From a virus (taxonomy: Duplodnaviria; Caudoviricetes): DNA of 64,000 nt. Shown here piece after piece: positions 8,457 to 16,286 of the stretch; positions within the stretch are counted from its first letter, which is position 1, and each line of letters starts with the position of its first letter. A program made the position numbers and the translations under genes. The notes below the pieces were generated by a model. The model ran no database searches. It saw only the letters and a list, made by a program, of their open reading frames with translations, and had not been told where the DNA came from. The stretch covers positions 1 to 64,000 of the IMG/VR virus record IMGVR_UViG_3300017911_002159; one strand, 5' to 3'.

Positions 8457-9350
8457 TCATTGATATTGAGAGCGGACCATTAATTTGTGTTTGGCATCTG
8501 AAGCCAACTGTCTCAACGCCCCTTTATTATCAGGCAAATCTTTGTCTTCAATTACAACACTATCTTCTAAAATATAAGTATCTGGATAATCTATATTAAT
8601 GTATGGTTCGATAAATGATTGATTCATTAACTGCAAAAAAATTTTATTTTGTATACTTACGTCAATTAGTTCAGGTATTTCAGAATCTAAACGAAAACGT
8701 TCTTCAAAATCATCTTGTACTTCTTCTTCACGAACAATTTTTTCATCTTTTAGTTCAATTTCTTGTTCTAGTTGATACTGAACCCATTCGTCATAGTAAG
8801 GATCATCAACAGATACATTTTCTAAAGAAGCCAAGTATTTATATAATGCATCCATGTAACCGGGGCATTGGGGATTAGCTAATGGGTTTGTGCAAATAAT
8901 TTGTTCTTCACCGATGTCCATTCGATATAAGTAAATAACTGAAGCATCACTTACTGTTCCGTTACCATCAACAGCAATTTCTCCATCGCCCCATAAAGTT
9001 GCATCACTTCCCGGAAACCTGAAAAACTTTTGTATTGAGTTTCCGGGCAATCCAGACCAATCGTCCACCTCTTCAAAAACGTATCCACCGTTTATTTTAT
9101 CTTCATTTCTAACGTAAACCGTAACATCTTCACCAGCATCTTTAGTCATAACATAATAGTATGTTATGCCGTTAATTTGTAAGGATACGTTTGGTGCAGA
9201 ATAGTCGGGGAGCACACCGTTCATAGACCAAGTTAGACTTTCGTCTATGGCGTTGTTAGTTGCTCCGTAGATTGTGTCAGAGTAGCAGTATGGCGAGAAG
9301 ACCAATAACGATAGTGCCACCAATAAGAGTTGTCCTAGTCTCTTTATCAA
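8457..9350 (-). CDS. Exported hypothetical protein
   Basis: Signal peptide-like N-terminus; C..PL.NPQCPGY motif; acidic region; ends H..MV.SQY. Confidence 0.7.
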   Translation of the reverse strand: MIKRLGQLLLVALSLLVFSPYCYSDTIYGATNNAIDESLTWSMNGVLPDYSAPNVSLQINGITYYYVMTKDAGEDVTVYVRNEDKINGGYVFEEVDDWSGLPGNSIQKFFRFPGSDATLWGDGEIAVDGNGTVSDASVIYLYRMDIGEEQIICTNPLANPQCPGYMDALYKYLASLENVSVDDPYYDEWVQYQLEQEIELKDEKIVREEEVQDDFEERFRLDSEIPELIDVSIQNKIFLQLMNQSFIEPYINIDYPDTYILEDSVVIEDKDLPDNKGALRQLASDAKHKLMVRSQYQ

Positions 9351-9837
9351 TGTCTATACCTCCGGATTGTGAGTCTGGTCTTAGATCTCTATTATCTGGA
9401 TCTTCCCAAGATTCTTTTGCTTCTTCACCGATTTTTCCATCAAATGGACAAGGAGTACCTGCATCCATCATTGCTTGAAAAACTCTAGGATCTTGACACA
9501 TCACTGAAACTGCAGCCACTTTCATACCCATATTATAAAGTGTGGTTGCATTTTTTAATTTTTCACAGTTCATATCCCTAATAGTCATTCCAGAAGAGAT
9601 GCCAAGAATTTGAGTTTGAACAGCACCAGACACACCTACGGTACAGAGATCTGAATTCGAAGCACTGATTGTTGGTGAAACAGCAGAGGGTGGTGGAGAA
9701 ATGACTGTTGTTGTCGATTCACTTGTAGTGTCTACAGTGCTTTCGTTATAGTTTTCAGTCACTATTGGATCATTTTGAGATAAGGCAATATTAGGTATAA
9801 AAAAAAGCACTGCTAAGAGTAGCAGTTTTCTAAACAT
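9277..9837 (-). CDS. Exported Cys-rich protein with C-terminal membrane anchor
   Basis: Signal peptide; PPPSA.SP...DLC..GVSGAVQTQILGIS.G...D.NCE.LK...GMKVAAVS.MCQD.RV..AM..AGTPCP; hydrophobic C-terminus. Confidence 0.75.
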   Translation of the reverse strand: MFRKLLLLAVLFFIPNIALSQNDPIVTENYNESTVDTTSESTTTVISPPPSAVSPTISASNSDLCTVGVSGAVQTQILGISSGMTIRDMNCEKLKNATTLYNMGMKVAAVSVMCQDPRVFQAMMDAGTPCPFDGKIGEEAKESWEDPDNRDLRPDSQSGGIDIDKETRTTLIGGTIVIGLLAILLL

Positions 9838-9846
9838 TATGTCTCC

Positions 9847-10710
9847 TTAGATATCAAACAATTTTCTAGATGAAATTACTTCAAAAAAGGTTTTGCTCTT
9901 TATACTGTTTAGGTTGTTATAATTTTTAAGAGAAATGTCTGAGTAAGTTGGTCTGTAGTGAAGTGTTCTCTCATTTGGAATACAGAGAAGTTGACCAGTG
10001 GTTCTCATAGATTTTCTTCTCTCATCGATCCTAATTGGATTCATTTGAGGGTCTTTCTCGGGTCTAGATGATAAAACCTGCAGCATATCTTCAGGTGTTT
10101 TAATAGACTTCAATTGCTTCATAACAATTTTCATTCGGCTTTCAGAAGATATTCTTGAAGCCTTTTCATGCTCATTGTCTTTATTGTTTTGATAACCAGC
10201 CCACGGCATATCGATGCCATGATTAGTTCTTACAATTCCGTCATTCTTGCTTAATTTTTTAAAGGTGTACTCATACTTTTTGTTTGGACCATGATAGTCT
10301 CTGAAAGCACCTTCAAGAATGTAACAATCATTGGGATCTGCAATAATTGTATTGCCGGGAATCTGAAGTTTAATAAGTGTGTTTAGTGCTGCCTTTGCAG
10401 TCTTTTTAAATAGTGCAGTTCTAATTCTAATGCCGTCAGGGGCATAATAGGTTCTTTCGGACTGATCATCAGATGCTGCTGCAGCACCTTCTTTCTCATC
10501 TTTTTTGACCATAATTGAAGCGGACAGAATAGCAACACCGTGCTCGTTTACACCCTCAGTGTAACGAGTTTTGTCATCTTGCATGTAAAGTCTTTGGACA
10601 CCGTTTCTATTAGACTGCTTGATTGAAACAAGAGGCTTATAGTTACGGTCTCTATTTTTTGCAATTACCCAACCATAATCAGGCAAATGTTTAGCCACAA
10701 CTACACACAT
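9847..10710 (-). CDS. N-terminal nucleophile (Ntn) hydrolase, C45/NRDE-like
   Basis: AGGAG SD gives start MCVVVAK (Cys2 nucleophile); KNRDR, EGVNEHGVAI, RTNHG and S..R motifs. Confidence 0.7.
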   Translation of the reverse strand: MCVVVAKHLPDYGWVIAKNRDRNYKPLVSIKQSNRNGVQRLYMQDDKTRYTEGVNEHGVAILSASIMVKKDEKEGAAAASDDQSERTYYAPDGIRIRTALFKKTAKAALNTLIKLQIPGNTIIADPNDCYILEGAFRDYHGPNKKYEYTFKKLSKNDGIVRTNHGIDMPWAGYQNNKDNEHEKASRISSESRMKIVMKQLKSIKTPEDMLQVLSSRPEKDPQMNPIRIDERRKSMRTTGQLLCIPNERTLHYRPTYSDISLKNYNNLNSIKSKTFFEVISSRKLFDI

Positions 10711-10721
10711 AATGACTCCTG

Positions 10722-10752
10722 TTGACATTAAATAAGTTCACTGTTATTTATT
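10722..10752. promoter_or_regulatory. Divergent promoter pair: sigma70-like TTGACA-N17-TATTTA (+) overlapping late AATAAATA (-)
   Basis: TTGACA at 10722-10727 and TGn-TATTTA at 10745-10750; the reverse complement of 10745-10752 is AATAAATA, facing the minus-strand operon. Confidence 0.55.
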
Positions 10753-10770
10753 CAAAATAAGGAGTTTAAA

Positions 10771-11013
10771 ATGAATAACTATATTTTATACACACAACCA
10801 GATTGTTCGTTTTGTACTAAAGCAAAAGCTTTGATAGAGCAAAAAGGTCACACTTACACAGAAGTAGTCGTCGGTAAAGATATTACTAAAGCACAATTAT
10901 TTGAGATGTTTCCTGAAGCAAAAACTGTTCCCATTGTAGTTTTAGATGGTCAGAAAATTGGTGGTTATCAGGAATTGACAGAATCTGTTCAAAAAATGTT
11001 ACTTAAGGGATAA
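10771..11013 (+). CDS. grxC: Glutaredoxin
   Basis: CSFC active site, TVP and IGGY motifs. Confidence 0.9.
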   Translation: MNNYILYTQPDCSFCTKAKALIEQKGHTYTEVVVGKDITKAQLFEMFPEAKTVPIVVLDGQKIGGYQELTESVQKMLLKG

Positions 11014-11014
11014 A

Positions 11015-11974
11015 ATGACTGAAATTGAAAGAAATGAGTTAAGTAAAAATTCTATGGGTGGCACAGAGCTTATGGCTATGGGCCTGATGGAAAGACTAGA
11101 TGAAAATTTAAAAGATAAGTTTCAAATTATTTGTTCACGTGTCAGAGATATCGATGAAAATAAAAACCCTATTCTCTGGCTCCACGATCTTCCTAATGAC
11201 CCAGAATCTCACCATCTTGCAGATAAAGAAAGCAGAGATAGGTTTGCTAAGTTTGTTTTTGTTTCTAATTGGCAAATGAATGAATATATTCATACATATG
11301 GTCTTGATTGGGATCAGTGTTATGTAATCAAGAATGCAATCGAGCCTATTGAGTTTAAAGAAAAACCTAAAGATGGAATTGTTAGGTTAGTATATCACTC
11401 AACACCACATCGTGGATTAGAACTTCTTGTTCCAGCTTTTGAGTTTCTTTCTGAGAAACATGATAATATTGAATTAGATGTTTACTCCAGTTTTGATCTT
11501 TATGGTTGGCCAGAACGAGACAAGCCATATCAAGAATTGTTTGAGAGATGTAATCAACATCCTAAAATTCATTATCACGGCACACAGCCTAATGAAGTGA
11601 TCAGAGAAGCACTTAAGAAGGCAGACATCTTTGCTTACCCGAATATTTGGCCAGAAACATCATGTATCTGTGCAATTGAAGCCTTGTCTGCTGGATGTCT
11701 AGTTCTTTCTCCTAACTATGCTGCTCTTCCAGAGACTACTGCATCGTGGGGAATTACATATCAATGGACGCCAGATGCTAACAAACATGCAAATATTTTT
11801 GCAGGCATTCTTGATAATATGATCAGCACCCTTACCGATAACAAAGAAGATGCTGAATATATGGTTACCCAACAAAAACTTTATTTTGATAATTTTTACT
11901 CATGGGACGTAAGAATGCAGGAGTGGAATCAACTTTTAAATAATATTTTATGGGAAAGAAATGAACTCAAATAA
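11015..11974 (+). CDS. Glycosyltransferase, GT-B fold (family 4-like)
   Basis: GGTE, WLHD, VFVS.WQ, YHSTPHRGL, ETSCI.AIEA..AG motifs. Confidence 0.85.
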   Translation: MTEIERNELSKNSMGGTELMAMGLMERLDENLKDKFQIICSRVRDIDENKNPILWLHDLPNDPESHHLADKESRDRFAKFVFVSNWQMNEYIHTYGLDWDQCYVIKNAIEPIEFKEKPKDGIVRLVYHSTPHRGLELLVPAFEFLSEKHDNIELDVYSSFDLYGWPERDKPYQELFERCNQHPKIHYHGTQPNEVIREALKKADIFAYPNIWPETSCICAIEALSAGCLVLSPNYAALPETTASWGITYQWTPDANKHANIFAGILDNMISTLTDNKEDAEYMVTQQKLYFDNFYSWDVRMQEWNQLLNNILWERNELK

Positions 11975-12383
11975 CGTTGTAACATTTAAAAATTCTAGAA
12001 TCGAAGCACCTTCAAAAAATCCTGATAGTAGTGCTGCTCAATTAAGATCTTCGTATTGTGATGAAATGGCTAATGAACTTTTTGGTATAGTAATGAGAAT
12101 AATTGAAAGAAGTGGCCATATGGACAATGTTGATACAAGTGATGAAGGTTTTTTTGATGAACTACAGCCAAGACTCACTATGGTCAAAGAGGCATTATAT
12201 TCAGTTTTTTGTCTATTAGAGAATGTAGATTATGATCTAAGTACGGTATTTGATAATTTGTTCAAGCCTTTAGGATATACTGAGGGTGATTTACAGACAC
12301 ATCTCTTCGTTACTGTAGATGATAAATATAGAGACTATCTGATTGAAATGACTAAAAAATATATTAAGGAAAACAATGGTTAG
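11961..12383 (+). CDS. Hypothetical protein
   Basis: ORF coupled to both neighbours; NNVV.F N-terminus common in T4-like genomes. Confidence 0.65.
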   Translation: MNSNNVVTFKNSRIEAPSKNPDSSAAQLRSSYCDEMANELFGIVMRIIERSGHMDNVDTSDEGFFDELQPRLTMVKEALYSVFCLLENVDYDLSTVFDNLFKPLGYTEGDLQTHLFVTVDDKYRDYLIEMTKKYIKENNG

Positions 12384-12795
12384 AAAAAGTATTTCTGAAA
12401 TCCTTCATGAAATTGGGGAGCACACCTCTTTTCATGATCGAGTAAAGGCAATGAGAAGCTACAGAAGCAATGAGCCTTTGAGAACAGTTCTTAAGTATGC
12501 ATTTGATCCAAGAATTAAATTTAACTTGCCTGAAGGTGCACCTCCATATCGAGAAAATGATTTTCCTGATCAAGAGGGTATTCTTTATTATGAAGCTAGA
12601 AAAATGTATCTATTTGTTGAAGGCGGAAACCCAAACCTGAAGCCTCTAAAAAGAGAAGAATTGTTTATTAGACTTTTGGAAACTGTAGACAAAGACGATG
12701 CAAAAATTTTAATTGGAATGAAAGACAAAGATATTCCAGTAAAAAATATAACCCAGAAACTAACAGAAAGAGCATTTCCGGATTTATTTAAATGA
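12376..12795 (+). CDS. Conserved T4-like hypothetical protein
   Basis: FDP.I.F.LPEG.PPY..N, LY.FV.GGN..L...KRE.LFI.LLE; usual position upstream of phoH. Confidence 0.75.
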   Translation: MVRKSISEILHEIGEHTSFHDRVKAMRSYRSNEPLRTVLKYAFDPRIKFNLPEGAPPYRENDFPDQEGILYYEARKMYLFVEGGNPNLKPLKREELFIRLLETVDKDDAKILIGMKDKDIPVKNITQKLTERAFPDLFK

Positions 12796-12947
12796 AAAGA
12801 AGATCTAATAAAAAATCTGATGTTGTCTATGAAGAGTTCATGGACGAATATGATGATTTCAATCTCCAAAAATATAAAAGACAGAAAAACCTAAACAGGA
12901 AAAAAGAAAAATCATATGATGACAACTACTATGATGAGTGGAATTGA
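12792..12947 (+). CDS. Small charged hypothetical protein (51 aa)
   Basis: Manual translation MKRRSNKKSD...YDEWN; ATGA and TGATG overlaps at both ends. Confidence 0.55.
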   Translation: MKRRSNKKSDVVYEEFMDEYDDFNLQKYKRQKNLNRKKEKSYDDNYYDEWN

Positions 12948-13180
12948 TGCCATTTTTTGTATTTAAAAATAAAGATACCGATGAAGTTTTCACTAAACTC
13001 ATGTCTTTTAAAGATATTGACGAATTTTTAAAAGAAAATCCTAATTATGTTCAACAGTTAACTGCCCCCGGAATTGCTGATCCTCACTTGATGGGTCGGA
13101 TTAAACCTGATGATGGCTTTAGAGACATTCTTAAAGAAGTCAAAAAGAATCATCGTGGCAGCAAAATCAATACATTTTAG
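12947..13180 (+). CDS. Small conserved T4-like protein (FmdB-like, no Cys)
   Basis: MP.F.F.NK.T.E......S....FLKENP...KPDDGFRD.L..VKK.H.GS.INTF. Confidence 0.7.
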   Translation: MPFFVFKNKDTDEVFTKLMSFKDIDEFLKENPNYVQQLTAPGIADPHLMGRIKPDDGFRDILKEVKKNHRGSKINTF

Positions 13181-13186
13181 GATCAC

Positions 13187-13912
13187 ATGGCTAGAAAGAT
13201 TAGGCAGAAGCAGGCCACTTACATTCGAGAACAAAAGAAAATTTCTTTTGAAAAGACATTAAATCTTGAAAACATTAGGCCTAAAACAGAAAATCAAAAA
13301 AAGATTTTCAGTTGTTACTATCAAAACAAAAATCTTTTGGTGCACGGTCTTCCGGGTACGGGTAAAACTTTTTTAAGTTTGTATCTGGCTTTGAGAGACC
13401 TATTGCAATCTAAACTGTGTGAAAAAATAATCATAGTTAGAAGTGCTGTTGCTACGAGGGACATTGGATATTTGCCCGGTTCCTCACGTGATAAAATGAG
13501 AGTTTATGAGGCACCTTACGAAGAAATCTGCTCTAAATTATTTGGCAGAGATGATGCTTACAATCAGCTTAAAATTAGAAAGATGATTGAGTTTCATCCG
13601 ACCTCATATATTAGAGGCATTACCTTTGATGATGCTGTCATTATCATTGACGAGGTACAAAATTTAAACGATCATGAAATCTCGTCCGTTATCACAAGAA
13701 TGGGTAACCGGTCTAAAATCTTGATGTGTGGAGATTTTAGACAATCAGATTTTGTAACTAACAAGACTGAAGTAAGTGGCATAAATAATCTTTTTAAGAT
13801 CATAAAGCTTATGCCATCTTTTTCTCATGTCGAGTTAGGTGTGAATGACATTGTGAGAAGCGGTATTGTCAAAGAATACATAGAAGCTAGGAATGAACTA
13901 GGTCTTGTTTGA
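13187..13912 (+). CDS. phoH: PhoH-like ATPase
   Basis: GLPGTGKT Walker A, IGYLPG, YIRG.TF, IIDE.QN, GD..QSD, DIVRS. Confidence 0.92.
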   Translation: MARKIRQKQATYIREQKKISFEKTLNLENIRPKTENQKKIFSCYYQNKNLLVHGLPGTGKTFLSLYLALRDLLQSKLCEKIIIVRSAVATRDIGYLPGSSRDKMRVYEAPYEEICSKLFGRDDAYNQLKIRKMIEFHPTSYIRGITFDDAVIIIDEVQNLNDHEISSVITRMGNRSKILMCGDFRQSDFVTNKTEVSGINNLFKIIKLMPSFSHVELGVNDIVRSGIVKEYIEARNELGLV

Positions 13913-14567
13913 ACATGAAAAACTTGAGTGGCAAGAAATAGAATCTTTTCAAGAAGACGGCAAAAGATTCTACAGAACGCCATCTGGGAAAAAATATCCC
14001 TCAATGACTACAGTCCTTTCTATGCTTTCTGCAAAGAGTATTGCAGCATGGAGAAAACGTGTTGGTGATGAGGTCGCCAACAAAGTTTCTGCACAAGCAT
14101 CTAGACGTGGAACACTGATTCACAAACTTTGTGAAGATTACGTGAATAACGTTGAGATTGATTACAAAAAGCTTATGCCTTTTGATCGTCAAAATTTTAT
14201 GAAACTAAAGACGGAAATAGATTCTAATATTGGAAAGGTGTATGGGCAAGAGATCCCACTCTACTCTGATTTTTTAGAGATTGCTGGTCGAGTAGATTGT
14301 ATTGCTGAGTATGACGGTAAACTCAGCATTATCGACTACAAGACTTCTTCTAAAGAAAAGAAAAGAGAAAATATTAAAAACTATTTTATGCAAGCTGCTG
14401 GGTATGCAGTTATGTTTGAAGAACTTTTTAATATTCCAATTACCAATCTTGTCATCCTGATGTCAGTCGATCACCAAGATCCTTTGACCTTTATTGAAAA
14501 GAGAGATGACCATATTTTTGATCTGATTGAATTAAGAAAAAAATATAAAGAGAAAAATAATATATGA
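13905..14567 (+). CDS. PD-(D/E)XK exonuclease (Cas4-like phage exonuclease)
   Basis: YPS.TTVL, RGT.IH, AGRVDC...IIDYKTS, QAAGYA. Confidence 0.85.
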   Translation: MFEHEKLEWQEIESFQEDGKRFYRTPSGKKYPSMTTVLSMLSAKSIAAWRKRVGDEVANKVSAQASRRGTLIHKLCEDYVNNVEIDYKKLMPFDRQNFMKLKTEIDSNIGKVYGQEIPLYSDFLEIAGRVDCIAEYDGKLSIIDYKTSSKEKKRENIKNYFMQAAGYAVMFEELFNIPITNLVILMSVDHQDPLTFIEKRDDHIFDLIELRKKYKEKNNI

Positions 14568-14797
14568 AAAATAATTTAGAAACATACAGAAACTTCGGCA
14601 TGGCCGTTGAAAATATGGTCCTGAACTCAGACATAACTTACATGGAAGCAATCATGGAATTTATGAAAAAGGAAAATATTGAAGAAGACGTTCTTTATAA
14701 GATGATAAAAAAGAACCCAGTTCTGAAGATAAAGCTTGAACTTGAAAGCCAAGAGTATAATCTTTTGCAAAAGGATGCAAATACGGCTTTACAGTGA
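14564..14797 (+). CDS. gp33: Late transcription co-activator gp33
   Basis: Size, YMEAI and LK.KL..E....NLL pattern; synteny exo-33-59-32. Confidence 0.8.
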   Translation: MKNNLETYRNFGMAVENMVLNSDITYMEAIMEFMKKENIEEDVLYKMIKKNPVLKIKLELESQEYNLLQKDANTALQ

Positions 14798-15390
14798 AAC
14801 CCTTCAAATGTTATCAACTTTATTTGGCGTTGAAAAGACACTTCACAACTGATAAATATGATTTTTTTAAGTATAAAGGAAAAGTAAGAGCAAATGAGCA
14901 ATCGTTCGAAAATCGTAAAGACAACTATCTCTTTGTTAAGATGGCCCTTCGACAAGATGTACTCCATCTCCTTGTCTCTACACTCGCTAATCATCCAAAT
15001 TTCTACGTCACTGACATCCTCTCGGAACGGGGTGACGAAGTATGCAAAGGTTGGAAAAAGTACCAGCAAAGCTTCGACTACAACTTCAAAGAAGAAATCA
15101 AGCAGTACAAAAACTTCGACCAAGCAATCAAAGTCCAAGAAGGCTACCCAGAAATAATATCTGATTTTATATCCGGGAAAATTTCGTTAGACACAATTTC
15201 TACAGTTGACAAGATTATTGACGGCTGTGCATATTGGTCTCGTCATCTCAAAGATCCTCTTTGGGAAGACATAAATAGGCAGTTGATGAAATATAGACCT
15301 TTCGTCAACGTCAATACACAAACATACAAACGTTATATCTATGAAATCTATGGTGGACAAAATGAAATACAAAAAGGAAAATACGAATGA
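14794..15390 (+). CDS. gp59: Helicase loader gp59
   Basis: Y..YLALK.HFT...YDFFKY.GK...F..RKD, ISL.T, KY.PF. Confidence 0.9.
   Translation: MKPFKCYQLYLALKRHFTTDKYDFFKYKGKVRANEQSFENRKDNYLFVKMALRQDVLHLLVSTLANHPNFYVTDILSERGDEVCKGWKKYQQSFDYNFKEEIKQYKNFDQAIKVQEGYPEIISDFISGKISLDTISTVDKIIDGCAYWSRHLKDPLWEDINRQLMKYRPFVNVNTQTYKRYIYEIYGGQNEIQKGKYE
14894..15157 (+). CDS. Candidate overprinted gene in the +1 frame of gp59 (basic, Ser/Thr/Lys-rich)
   Basis: 87-aa ORF whose limits coincide with a local switch of gp59 to C-ending codons; AAGGA upstream. Confidence 0.4.
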   Translation: MSNRSKIVKTTISLLRWPFDKMYSISLSLHSLIIQISTSLTSSRNGVTKYAKVGKSTSKASTTTSKKKSSSTKTSTKQSKSKKATQK

Positions 15391-16256
15391 GCTTACAAGA
15401 ACTCAAGTCGAAGCGGAAAACCAACTTCGAAGCTCTGACTAAAAAGCTAGACCAGCTTAACGGCAACATCCCACAACAATCTGATGATGATATCTACTGG
15501 AAACCAACAGTAGATAAAATGGGAAATGGCCATGCCATTATTCGGTTTTTGCCTGAACCGAAAGGCGAAGATGATCCATTTGTTCGGATTTGGGATCACG
15601 GATTCCAAGGACCGGGTGGCTGGTACATCGAAAAGTCTTTGACTACCCTAAACCAAAAAGACCCTGTTTCTGAGTATAATTCCAAGCTTTGGAATTCCGG
15701 CAAAGAGCAGGATAAAGATACTGCACGTAAACAAAAAAGACGTTTGCAGTTTCATGCCAACATTCTTGTTGTCAAGGATGCTGAAAATCCGGAAACCGAA
15801 GGTAAAGTCTTCCTTTACAAATTCGGTAAAAAGATTTTTGATAAAATTAACGATATGATGAATCCTCAGTTTGATGATGAGGAAGCTGTGAATCCGTTCG
15901 ATTTTTGGAGTGGAGCTAATTTCCGTCTAAAAATTCGACAGGTCGATGGATATAGAAACTACGATAAGTCAGAGTTTGATTCTCCGGCACCTCTTTCTGA
16001 AGATGATTCAGAACTTGAGGCTATCTGGGAAAAACAACATTCTCTGAAAGAACTTGTTTCTGAAGATAAGTTTAAATCCTATGATGAACTTAAGGCACGT
16101 TTAGACAAAGTTCTGAACATTCAATCCTCTTCTGCTTCGCCATCTGTTGCTGAAGAAGAAACGCCTCCTTGGAAAGAAGAAACCAGCACCCCTTCTGCTA
16201 AAGAAGATGATGATGACGGTCTTTCTTTCTTCAAATCTCTGGCTGAAGACGACTAG
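15387..16256 (+). CDS. gp32: Single-stranded DNA-binding protein gp32
   Basis: WKP.VDK.GNG.A.IRFLP, HGFQGPGGWYIE.SLTT, GKVFLYKFGKKIFDKI, RNYDKSEF, acidic tail. Confidence 0.97.
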   Translation: MSLQELKSKRKTNFEALTKKLDQLNGNIPQQSDDDIYWKPTVDKMGNGHAIIRFLPEPKGEDDPFVRIWDHGFQGPGGWYIEKSLTTLNQKDPVSEYNSKLWNSGKEQDKDTARKQKRRLQFHANILVVKDAENPETEGKVFLYKFGKKIFDKINDMMNPQFDDEEAVNPFDFWSGANFRLKIRQVDGYRNYDKSEFDSPAPLSEDDSELEAIWEKQHSLKELVSEDKFKSYDELKARLDKVLNIQSSSASPSVAEEETPPWKEETSTPSAKEDDDDGLSFFKSLAEDD

Positions 16257-16263
16257 AGTTTAA

Positions 16264-16286
16264 GGCGGGGTCACTGAGATCCCGCC
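16264..16286. terminator. GC-rich hairpin at a convergent gene junction
   Basis: GGCGGGGTC-ACTGA-GATCCCGCC; no good U-tract. Confidence 0.45.

Noticed and set aside
13905-14567. Cas4-like nuclease as evidence for a CRISPR system
   Set aside because: Standard T4-like exonuclease in phoH-exo-gp33 synteny; no array or other cas genes
14695-15138. 147-aa minus-strand ORF over gp33/gp59
   Set aside because: Explained by the local C-ending codon bias; the +1 sense ORF fits the boundaries of that bias better
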